DNA from: Octopus bimaculoides
Taxonomy: Eukaryota
NCBI RefSeq assembly: GCF_001194135.2
Contig: NC_068981.1
Span: 126,563,518 to 126,601,242, forward strand
Reading direction: 5' to 3'
Length of the DNA stretch: 37,725 bases
Made by a program: the position numbers and the translations under genes
Notes under the pieces: generated by a model
Seen by the model: the letters and a program-made list of their open reading frames with translations, nothing else
What the model was told of the DNA's origin: nothing
The model's database searches: none
Shown: positions 23,771-34,835 of the stretch, piece after piece
Layout: each line of letters starts with the position of its first letter
How positions within the stretch are numbered: the stretch's first letter is position 1

Positions 23771-24476
23771 TACATACATACATACATACATACATACATT
23801 CATACATACATACATACATACATACATTCATACATACATACATACATACATACATACATTCATACATACATACATACATACGGTACATTAAGGTGGGATA
23901 TTTGGAAAGGCGTAGGCAGTCGTACTAAAATCATTGTGTATCGATTCTCTGTCTACATTTTAAGTCAAATATCGTGGAGTTGTTTCAGTAGAGTGCAGCC
24001 GAACTCCTACATAAATTAAATTCTAATCAAGTAAAAAACAGAAACCATGTTTTTAGTTAAATGCTTTGCATCTTCATCAAAACATGTATATTATCCTTTT
24101 TTGAATCTGCATAAATGTTTAATATTTCAAGTGAGTTAAAATAAAGATTTTTGCTGGGGCAATTATGGCTTAGGGAAAATGTAATGGGTTCTGTTATTCT
24201 AAACATGTTGTATTCGACTTGTGACGAATTGTTTTTGACGGGGGCTCTATATTTTTTATTACGTCAATGTGGCACTTGGAACTCTTCTTAGTTCCCCTGA
24301 GACTGATGGAAGGATGGCCTCAGTGAGTCCAACAGAATTGCCATAAGTCCGCTGAATGTAACTACGGGACAAATTATTGGATTAAACTGAGTGACGGATT
24401 AAGTCTATCACTTAAGAATAGGAACGGTCTCTCTGGCAGGTTTCCGTGCAATTTCTGTTTACTAATGTTTACTACT

Positions 24477-24941
24477 AGGCGCAGCCATGGCTGCGCGATA
24501 AGAAGCCTGTTTCCCAACCACATGGTCCAGTCTCAGACCCACTCCTTGTTATCTCGGTCAAGTGTCCTCAACAATAGCCCCGGTTACCAAAACTTTGTGA
24601 GTGGATTTGGTAGAAGGAAATTGAAAGAAGCTCGTCATATATGCGTGTGTGCTTGCGTGTATATGTGTTTGTGTGTGTGTATGTGAATGTTGTGTGTGCG
24701 TATATGTAATTATGTGTGTATGTTCCTTTGTGTTTGTGTTCATTACCTACTACAACTTGACAACCGGTGTTGGTGTGTTTACATCCTCGTGGCCTAGCAG
24801 TTCGGCAAAAGGGACGATAGAATTAGTACCAGGCTTTAAAAAGTGGATAGGTTCTGGGGTCGAGTTGTTTGACTAAAATCTCTTCATCACAGTACTCCAG
24901 CATGGCCGCAGTCCAATGACTGAAGCAATTAAAAGATAAAA
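24477..24941 (+). mobile_element. SINE family A, full length
   Basis: tRNA-like head, ccaaaactttgtgagtggatttggtaga core, internal (TG)n, tail ctccagcatggccgcagtccaatgactgaa..aaaagataaaag. Confidence 0.88.
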
Positions 24942-25103
24942 GAAGATACATTTCATTCACAAGATTTGATGGACCCAAGGCAACAGTTAAAGATATTTTC
25001 CAAGTTGGCTTGAAGCCGGAACAAGGATACGAAAGGGAACTGTTTCTCTATGTATATTAAATTACTGAATTCAAAATGTATGTTAGAAATATTTTCATGT
25101 AAT

Positions 25104-25320
25104 AAGGCGGCGAACTGGCAGAATCGTTAGCACGTAGGGCAAAATGTCAAAATGTTTAGTGGCATTTCATCCATTTTTATGTTTGAGTTCAAATTCCGCC
25201 GAGGTCATCTTTAGATCCTTTCGGGGTCGATAAAATAAGTATCAGTTGAGCACTAGGGTCAACTGTAATCGACTTACACCTACCTCCGAAATTGCTGACC
25301 TTGTACCAAAATTTGAAATC
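25104..25320 (+). mobile_element. SINE family B, full length with a 16-bp TSD
   Basis: Flanks aatattttcatgtaat (25088-25103) and aatatttccatgtgat (25321-25336); A and B boxes present. Confidence 0.9.
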
Positions 25321-27421
25321 AATATTTCCATGTGATAAAAATAGTATATAAGGAACGCAGGTTCAAACGTAACTCCTATAAGTGACTTCCTGATTTTGTT
25401 TTTCTCAAAATGTGCTTTTGAACAAAGGATAGATAACGACAGAACTGAATCCTCCGAGATCAGGAATAGTTAAGTGAAAGACATGTAAGTCACTTTACTC
25501 TAGAAGAGATAGGGTAAACACATATGGGTAGTTTATTTCCGCATGACAGCTGTAAAGGAAAATAGATGAGGCGTCTCAAAAGAAAGGGCGGTAATCGAGT
25601 ACATCATTGATGTGATAGTCATTGTTTATATAAGATGGACAGCTGGTTTGACGGTGGTTGGGCTTTAGCTTTTTCTGCAGTAATTATCATAATAGGGATA
25701 AAATAAACAGATAGAAAAAAAGGGTTCGTGATTTTAAAACCCTACATTAGTTTTAGTAAGTTGACACTGTGATGTTGCCAACAATATTTGAAGCTGTACC
25801 TTCATCTTGTTTTCTAGATTCTCTCGTGAACAAAAGATGGAGTACTTCAAAAGCATCATATTAGATTAATTAACTGGAAGCTTCTCTTTTAACTTTTAAT
25901 TGAGAAATAAGAAAATATATCTTTGAGTCAAAAATCGAAAGATGTGTGAGTTGCGTGGCATATATCAACAGCCTTTTAATGTTAAATTGAAAAAAGAAAG
26001 ACAAAAATCTCCAAACTATGCAAGCAGGAGAGCTGTGAAAAAATTAAAAGTAGTATAAGTATCTGAATGAAATTAATGTATTTTAACGATATACCGAAGG
26101 AAAATATTCATGACAATGTTATAAACAGTTATTTGAAACAATGTGAACATATAAAATATCTTCAATCCCATAAATTATTTAATAGAATGCCTCAGAGATA
26201 GGATAAAAGAAGAGGTGTGGCTTATCAAAAGGTATAAAAATACAAACAGAAACTGATTCATTACATAAGAACAAGACGAGTGCGTAAAGGACCCTATCTA
26301 AGATACTGCTTTAACGACTCAACCGATAAATCGCCCTCACAACTGATTAAAAGTATTAGCGACGAGAGCGTATTGTAAGATACTTAAACCAAATATATCC
26401 TTTAAAAATTGCATTATACCTACAGAAATAACCCAGGGTAACAAAGGAACATCTATGTAGTGTAATCTACTAAAAATACGAGGCAAATTTTCAAACCTAT
26501 TATACTAATTAAAAGGACATGGTATTCTAGTCCTCCATGGCAAGAATAGTCTGCTCGACCACAGTTGATCTATGGCTAAACAACAATAACAAGCCATTAA
26601 ACATTTGACATAATTTTTAGAGAAGGCATCCTTTAAAAAAAAAATCAAAATTAGCAAAACATCAAGCGGTATAGTGTAAATACTTTTGATGAGCCGCTAC
26701 TATGGAAACACATAGAACACTGTGTGTCTAGTCAAACGTAATATTTAGGGTAAATGAGTGGTTACTTTTCGTCAGTCAGAAGTGTGGAACTCAGTTTAAT
26801 TTACTCTTTCATTTAATGTCCTCGCGCAATAACACATAAATTCATTGTTGATCTGCCCAGAAATGTTTGGTCAGTATTTAGTAAAATGTTTTAATGGGTG
26901 CATTTCAAAAATAATGTCTACATACATACATACATACATACATACATACATGCATACATACATACATACATACATACATACATACATACATACATACATA
27001 CATACATACATACATGTCCTAAATCACACTCTGTGTCGTCTTACTTGTTTTGTTTTGTTTGCTCTTGTCCCTAATTCTCCGCAACAAGAAACTTTTTTTG
27101 CGGGCGCCTCCAATTGGGAAGCACTCAGTCTTATCCTTCAAGGTGCGAAACTGAACAGTACCAATTGGTTGATAACTGATGCCGAAAGTGGTGTTTATCA
27201 TAGCATTAAGTCACGAAATGTTGGCCAGGAAGACTAGGTCCCCTCTTTACTTTTTCTAGTTATTTGCAATTTAGGGTGATGAGATTTTTCTAGACACGAT
27301 GCCCTTTCGACGGCTGCAGAAGCTACATTTTCATCCGTTGGCTCCTTGGTAGTTGATTGCATGTTTAAAAGGATAACATTAGAATAGGCATTTAGAGAGG
27401 TAGAATTAGAGAGATATATAC

Positions 27422-27455
<34 letters not shown>

Positions 27456-27621
27456 GGGTGAAACAGAGACATAAGTAACAAAATAAGAACGTGGGAAATA
27501 TATTGTCATATAAACATAAACGCATGCACATACACATATACACATATACATATAAACATAAATACACATGCACAACTCCCACCTACTCACCCCCAAATTC
27601 CCCCCACACACACACACACAC

Positions 27622-27698
<77 letters not shown>
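27622..27698. repeat. (TA)n microsatellite
   Basis: Visible tandem units. Confidence 0.97.
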
Positions 27699-27702
<4 letters not shown>

Positions 27703-28289
27703 ATGTCTGCATCGGGACTTCAGATTCAAGTAAGTATAGTTTTCACTTCTAGTAAGGAAAGACTTGCAAACAGAAACAAATTGAAGCATTTTAAACACAC
27801 AACTGTAAATATTTATAACGCGTAGGCGTAAAAACAACTTTCTCACTGCCACAGATTACTGGTACTATGTTGATTGGATGTAAAACGAAATACTGCGTTG
27901 ACTCTTCTTGAATTGTGACTACAAGTAACTCCCTTAGCTCTAATAAACACAACATCCTATGTCGAATGGAATAATGAAACTGCTGATGCTATATACTGAC
28001 AGTATTACTTATTCATTTTTAAATTTTTATTTAAGAACTTATTTTTATGTATTTATTGTTTAGTTTTATTTTTCATTTTATTTATTCATTTTTGTCTCAG
28101 CATTTGAAACACAGCTAAGAGAATGACTATTCATTGACATAATGAGATTTTTACCCTGACGCTTCGTCGTTTCAAAATATATTTTTAGAACTTTACTAAA
28201 GCCACATGATCTTCAGTTGCGTTTTTTTGTTTTGCTTTTTTATGTTTGTGTTTTTGAGTGGATATCCATACATTTTGTGGGGGTTGAGA

Positions 28290-28334
28290 GAATTCTCTTT
28301 CTCTCTCTCTCTCTCTGTCTGTCTGTCTGTTTCG

Positions 28335-28372
<38 letters not shown>

Positions 28373-28389
28373 TTCTATCCATCTAGCTC

Positions 28390-28424
<35 letters not shown>

Positions 28425-28465
28425 GTCTGTCTGTCTGTCTGTTTCTCTGTCTCTGTCTGTCTCTT
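28290..28465. repeat. Compound CT/CTGT/CTAT microsatellite
   Basis: Visible tandem units. Confidence 0.95.
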
Positions 28466-28569
28466 TGTCTCTTATTTTATGGCTTGTTTATTGTGATTTG
28501 TATTCTTCAAACCGAAGACACCAGGCTCTCAATGTCACACAACCAAACATCTAAGATTCATAGGCTTAT

Positions 28570-28607
<38 letters not shown>

Positions 28608-28669
28608 GTAAGCACATAAATACAAAACAAACTGTAAAAAATAGTACTCGAAAACCGAAGGTAGAGTAA

Positions 28670-29035
28670 TATGCTTTTTTTTTTTAATTAAAACTGCAAA
28701 AACATCTCAAAAATTGTTACTCAGAGTTTCACGTTCCAGTTCGTCGGATAGTTGTGATCAAGACTGGAATGAAATTATGATGGTACATGTAATATATGAG
28801 TTGATATACTTCAATTTGACGAATAAGCATTTGAATTTGATTGGTTAATTTATTTTCAAAATATAAACGGTTTTGTATTCGCGAACGGTTTCGTCAAATT
28901 GAATTATTTCAAATCATATATTACATGTACCATCATAATTTCATTCAAGTCTTGATCATAACTATCCGACGAACTGGAACGCGAAACTCTGAGTAACAGT
29001 TTTGGTGAAGTTTTTGCAGCTTTACTAAAAAAGTA
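28670..29035. mobile_element. Foldback (inverted-repeat) element, each arm carrying an HHR-like motif
   Basis: Arm about 28670-28823 is the near-exact reverse complement of about 28890-29035, with a 66-bp spacer. Both arms contain ccgacgaactggaacgYgaaactctgagtaaca, homologous to 3734-3785. Confidence 0.85.
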
Positions 29036-29049
29036 TATATTCTCTTATA

Positions 29050-29254
29050 CTATTATTTATTTCAGTTATTTGACAGTGGCCATGCTGGGGCACCGCCTTT
29101 AGTCGAACAAATCGACCCCAGGAGTTATTATTTGTAAGCCTATTACTTATTCTATCGGTCTCTTTTGCCGAACCGCTAGGTTACGGGGAAGTAAACACAC
29201 CAGCATCTGTTGTCAAGCGATGGTGGGGGACAAACACAGACGCACAATCAGACG

Positions 29255-29325
<71 letters not shown>

Positions 29326-29485
29326 GTATATATACACGACGGGCTTCTTTCAGTTTTCGTCCACCATATCCACTCACAAGGCTTTGGCCGGTCCGAGGCT
29401 ATAGTAGAAGACACTTGCCCAAGGTGCCACGCAGTGAGACTGAACCTTGAACCATGTTGTTGGTAAGCAAGCTACTTACCATACA

Positions 29486-29488
<3 letters not shown>
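29050..29488 (-). mobile_element. SINE family A, full length
   Basis: Reverse complement of the 24477-24941 pattern, with internal (CT)n(CA)n(TA)n. Confidence 0.9.
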
Positions 29489-29518
<30 letters not shown>

Positions 29519-29523
<5 letters not shown>

Positions 29524-30002
29524 CTCAGTGGTTAGAGCGTCGAGCTTACGATCGTGAGTTTGTGAGTTCGAATCCCGGACCGGGCTGCGTGTTGTGTTCT
29601 TGAGCAAGTCACTTTATTTCACTTTAGCTGACGATATGTGCATCTCTGATCATGAGCAGAAGTAGTGGGGAAGCGTCATAGCCATGTGTTGAGAGGAATT
29701 CTTTGGGTCTGAATAATTCACCGTGGGAAACATAGGTGTTTTGTTCAGCATCCTTAAACAAACCTTATTCAGGGACCTTTTGAGCGAGATGAGCTACTCG
29801 ACCTGAAGAAAATTCTAACTGGGCCCCACCTGCGAGGTCATGCGCTGTTTATTTTGATATGAGATCACCATGTCGCGCACATATGGTTGTGATGCATGTG
29901 CCTGGTGTACCCTTATCAGACGGGTAGTCATGATGGGTATAATGGGCTTCGTATATTTTACGCCAGTGTCACTTTGATAGCATGCACTGCTCTCTCACTC
30001 AC

Positions 30003-30054
<52 letters not shown>
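29519..30054 (+). mobile_element. SINE family E (tRNA head, long body, (AAT)n tail)
   Basis: tggctcagtggttagagcg A box, gagttcgaatcc B box, core shared with family D, ends in (AAT)n at 30004-30054. Confidence 0.85.
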
Positions 30055-30106
30055 CTAATTTGTTGCCCCTTGGGGTCTAGGGATGAGACTTGGAGTGAAC
30101 TTGTAC

Positions 30107-30170
30107 AAGGCGGCAAGCTGGCAGAATCGTTTGCTCGCCAGGCGAAATGGTTAGCGGTATTTCGTCTGCC
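30107..30170 (+). mobile_element. SINE family B head fragment
   Basis: aaggcggcaagctggcagaatcgtt..gcgaaatggttagcggtatttcgtc matches the 25104 head. Confidence 0.75.
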
Positions 30171-30174
30171 TGAG

Positions 30175-32180
30175 AAGAGGGGAATTGCAGAACGAAAGCA
30201 TAAGAATAATTATAGAAAGAACTTATAGAATAAGAGATAACGGTTATGATGTGATATTGGAATAATTGAGACAAAGTTTAGTAACAATCAAAGCAAAATT
30301 GGAAAGATATGTCAATAGAAAAAGACAGTTTATGCAAAAAAGACTGTTTGAAGCAAATCAGAAGAAACTGTTTCAGGAACTAGATGGGCAAATACACGTA
30401 ACAATGATACCAGATGCAGAGGAAAGCAAAGCATTCTGGAGAGGGATCTGGGACCAACCTGTAGAGCATAATGATGAAGTGGAGTGGCTGCATGAAATCC
30501 AAGACAAATATAACTACAGAAATGATAAAAAAAAAAAGCAGTTAAATAAATTCCCAATTTGGAAGAGCCCAGGACCGGATGGGATCCAAGAGTCTTGGAT
30601 CAATAAACTGAGAAGGCTCAAAGAAAGGATAGAACAACAGATAGATGAGTGCTTGCAGGAAGGCGCAATACCCAGTTGGATGACAAAAGGAAAAAACATT
30701 GTTACGTGCCAAGGATCCTGAAAAGGGAAATGTTGCATCCAACTTTTGAACAATAACATACCTTCCACTAATGTGGAAACCTATGTCAGATGCTTTGGCC
30801 GCTGAACCATACAGATACTTGGAAAAGAGAGGGCTGCCACCCATTTAACAGAAAGGGTGCCGAAAAAGGAACCGGAGAACGATGGATCAGCTCTTAATTG
30901 ATAATCTAATTATCAGGTACTGCAAGAGAAGACATACATACCTGAACATGGCATGGGTTGGCTATCGCAAAGCATACGATATGATACCTGGATAATAAGA
31001 ACAATGTAAATGTATGGAGTAGCAGAGAATATGAGAAGCATCAAGAGAGGAATCTTCCAAGGGGACACTGTGTCCCCACTGATATTCGTGCTGGGAATGA
31101 TCCCTTGAAATGAAATATTACAGAAAACAATGTCGGGGTATGATCTCGGAAGAGGTAAAGAAAAAGTAAACCACTTGCTTTTTATGAATGACCTAAAGCT
31201 ATTCACAAAAGCCAACACAGAACTGGGCAGCCTAGTCCAGTCTGTGCGGATTTTCTCCACTGATATTAAGATGGAATCTGTACTCTCAAAATGTGCTACG
31301 GCGGTGATAAGACGAGAAAAGCTTGCCAGGACAGAAGGCATATGGTTGCCAAGTGGTGAAATAATGAAGGCAATTCAACCTCAATCCAGCTATAGATACC
31401 TGGGAATACTTGACATGAAGTAAAAGACAAAAAGAGAGTACCTGCGGCGAGTGAGAAAGACATTGGCTTCAAACCTGAATGCCAGAAACATAATTTCGGT
31501 AATAAACTCGCGCAGTCATAATAGTTCGGTATGGCGCTGGAACACTGAAGTGGAAAGAGGAGGAGCTAAAGGAGATGGATAAGAAGTCAAGAAAGTTCCT
31601 AACGATGCATGGAGCCCATCACCTACGTGCGCACACTGATTGCCTATACATGAAGAGATCAAATAAAGGAAGAGTACTGATAAATGTAGAAGACTGTGTA
31701 CGTATCGAATACGAGAGCTTAATGAGATACCTAGCCCAAAGTAAGGAAACCTTGCTAGTGTCAGTTAGGAACGAGGGTTTATTGAAAGCAGAGAAAAAAA
31801 GTAAAAACAAAGGAAGAAGTACAAAACTGACATGAAGAAGCATTACGCAGCAAGAAATTATACAATCAATTCCATGTAGCCACAACAGAAGTTGCTGGAA
31901 AACAGGCGGAATTGGAGAAAGAAAGAAACACTGAAAAAAGAGAAGGAGAGCACTATACCGGCAGCGCAAGACCAAGATTTAGTCACGAATTGGAGGGTCA
32001 GCCTTAAGAATGAGCAAGTGTCTCCGCTGTGCCGCATCTGCAACAGAGTAGACGAGACTATTGCCCATATCACGAACGAATGACCTAGACTTTCCCAAAA
32101 CCACTACAAGTTGTCGCGACACGATCAGGTAGCGAGTGCTACACTTGAAACTGTGAAAAGTGGGGGCTAGAGAGAAGCAA
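30175..32180 (+). mobile_element. Decayed R4/Dong-like non-LTR retrotransposon (RT plus CCHC knuckle)
   Basis: [70 protein letters not shown] and RHDQV motifs in order, with stops and frameshifts. Clade assignment is from memory of these motifs. Confidence 0.85.
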
Positions 32181-32184
32181 GACA

Positions 32185-32447
32185 TGGTATTTTTTTCCTC
32201 TCAGTTTTTGTTGGAACTCGGGGAGTCTTGCGTGCGCAGTGAGCTTGTTGCCTGCAGCTTACGGTACCATGCTATCTGTTTTTTTCAACTGTCTGATACT
32301 TTCCTGATTATTCTAGACTTGCCCAACACCACTACAAGTGCTACATTCGTTCGTGATATGAGCAATGGTTTCATCTTCTTTATTGAAAATGCGGCACAGC
32401 GGAGACACTTGCTCACTCCTAAGGTTGATCCTCCAGTTCGTGGCCAA
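32185..32447 (-). mobile_element. Inverted, internally deleted second copy of the same LINE 3' region
   Basis: Minus 32447-32345 encodes ATNWRINLRSEQVSPLCRIFNKEDETIAHITNEC, paralleling about 31980-32085, then RIIRKVSDS* and a putative 3' UTR. Confidence 0.8.
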
Positions 32448-32448
32448 C

Positions 32449-32471
32449 GCTTATTATTATTATTATTATTA

Positions 32472-32511
<40 letters not shown>

Positions 32512-32566
32512 CATTATCATCATCATCATCTTCATAACCATCATCATCATCATCATCATCATTATT
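32449..32566. repeat. (TTA)n/(CAT)n microsatellite
   Basis: Visible tandem units. Confidence 0.95.
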
Positions 32567-33497
32567 TGAGTTAGTGTGATGTTTAATCTTCCATATTGAG
32601 ATTTAATAACAAGACCTTTAACAACTTGGTGAATTGATTTGAAGCAAGATGAAGATATTTTAAAATTAGGATTTGCTTTGCAACAAGAAAGAAAAAAAGA
32701 AATTAACATAGACAGCGACACACCAGATTCATATCACTACTGGTGGGATGAATGGGAGTTCCCTTAAATTGTCAGTGTGTTTTAGAAACAATATTCGTGT
32801 TACTAAATGATGCGAGTTGACTTCAACCGAATTTGGGCCATCATACTCTATAATGCTTGGCACTTAAAAAACAAATTATGTTAATTTATTACTAATGCGG
32901 AAGTATTTTCAGCAATAATTATATTATAAAATGTACTAGAAGGGATATTTTCATTTATGTTAAGAAAACCTTGCAAGAATCCTTGGTTTTCCAGGTCACG
33001 TGAATGTCTATAATTACAGCCTGCCCAAGTATTTTTATTATATAAAGGATGTTTCTGTCTTTTATTAAACCATATAAATTATAAATGTGTCGTTAGATGT
33101 ACGGGTATATTAGATTTATGATTAAAAATAACACCCTTTGAGAACATTTGAACAAACCGAAACAAAAATATTTCAAAAATATGTGAATGTAAAGTCTACT
33201 ATAATTATTAAAAGCCAGTTAAGTACTTACATAAGAGTGTATAGGGTAGATAGCTAAAAGACAAACAAGATATGTTTCAGATAGTTATCATTTAACTGCT
33301 GGGTGTCACCAGTTTCCCAACGTGTATTAACAGGTCTGACATGACACTTGTCTAAAGAATATTATATGATGATATATGGTATGTTTGCAAAAGCTTGTTA
33401 GTATATGTAACTAGTTTCAATAAAAAAAAATAACCATACATATTGGAATATTCATACCTTTGTATTTGACATGCACATATGCAAGAAAAATACTTAC

Positions 33498-33524
33498 AGA
33501 AAAGCTTCGGTAAACATTGATTTT
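33498..33524 (-). CDS. Candidate 27-nt micro-exon (unverified)
   Basis: Minus strand GACTTCTTTCAG|AAAATCAATGTTTACCGAAGCTTTTCT|GTAAGTA; open in all three frames. Confidence 0.25.
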
Positions 33525-34239
33525 CTGAAAGAAGTCCTGTTTAAATATTTAAAATACATAAAAATGAATAAATATTTATCTTGAATCTGATTTATTTTCT
33601 TCTGGTCCGATATTAGTTTTACAGATGTTTATATTATATTAATATAGCACTTTAAATGTACCTTTCTCGAGAGGTTTCATAGAAATAGTTTTCAGTTCTG
33701 TGAATTGATGAATGGTGGATCTATTTCCTTCCACAGAATAAATTGCAAATTTGTATTTATCTTAGAGAATATCTCGATTTACGGAGTCATATCCTATTTT
33801 AGATGTATAAATATTTGTAATAAATAAAACAACACATTAAATGAAAAAAAGAAATAATTGCAAATAATAAGTAGCTGAACAATACACAACAACCAACTAG
33901 AAAAAGGCAGTTCGGAACTTGCTATTGCTTCTAAGTTGAATTCATGAATAAGTCTTTAGCTTTCAACGAAATAATATATAAGGTGCCACACAATGCGACT
34001 GAACCCGGAACCAGAAAGTCTCGCGGGCCTCAGTTTGCCCATGACTGCATTTATACCGTCCAGTGTCTGTTCAGACAAGACGTTAAGTCGTACTTACATA
34101 TTTGATTTAATGCGCTAGTGGGAATTCCAACTATTTAAAGAATTGTATCTACTCCAGGAATCTTGCTTTAGGCATGAGCATTTAGTATTATTGTTGTTAG
34201 CGTGTGAAAAGTAAAATAGACCACACGGATAAAACGAAA

Positions 34240-34375
34240 CCAAAAAGTTTGTTAATGACCACGTGGATTCAGGTTCAGCCGCTGTGTGACGCCGTGGCCG
34301 GGTGTCTTCTACTATAGTTTCGGGATGACGAAAGCCTTGTGCGTACATTTAGTAGGACGAAAGTGAAAAAGTATG

Positions 34376-34407
<32 letters not shown>

Positions 34408-34835
34408 NNNNNNNNNNNNNNNNNNNNNNNNNNNNNNNNNNNNNNNNNNNNNNNNNNNNNNNNNNNNNNNNNNNNNNNNNNNNNNNNNNNNNNNNNNNNN
34501 NNNNNNNNNNNNNNNNNNNNNNNNNNNNNNNNNNNNNNNNNNNNNNNNNNNNNNNNNNNNNNNNNNNNNNNNNNNNNNNNNNNNNNNNNNNNNNNNNNNN
34601 NNGTGTTTGTTCCCCAACCGCTTGACAAACGATGTCGATTTGTTTACGTCGCCATAACTTAGTGGTGTAGAAAAAGAGTTCGAAAGGAAAATACCAAACT
34701 TAAAAAAAAAACAAATAATTGAGATCAATTTGTTCGACTATTTGTTCGACTATTTGTTCGATTAAAGCCCTTCGAGGTGGTGCTCCTTTTGGCTGCAGTC
34801 CAGCGACTGAAACAAGTAAAAGATAAAAGATAAAT
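34240..34835 (+). mobile_element. SINE family A spanning a gap
   Basis: caggttcagcc..gtgtcttctactatag head and gcttgacaaacgatg..gtccagcgactgaaacaagtaaaagataaaag tail. Confidence 0.85.

Noticed and set aside
27700-27740. ATGTCTGCATCGGGACTTCAGATTCAA|GTAAGT donor site
   Set aside because: Preceded by a (TA)n tract with no acceptor or promoter evidence; a lone donor is expected by chance.
34729-34764. Triplicated 12-mer atttgttcgact
   Set aside because: Simple slippage inside a SINE; too short and non-spacer-like for a CRISPR-type array.
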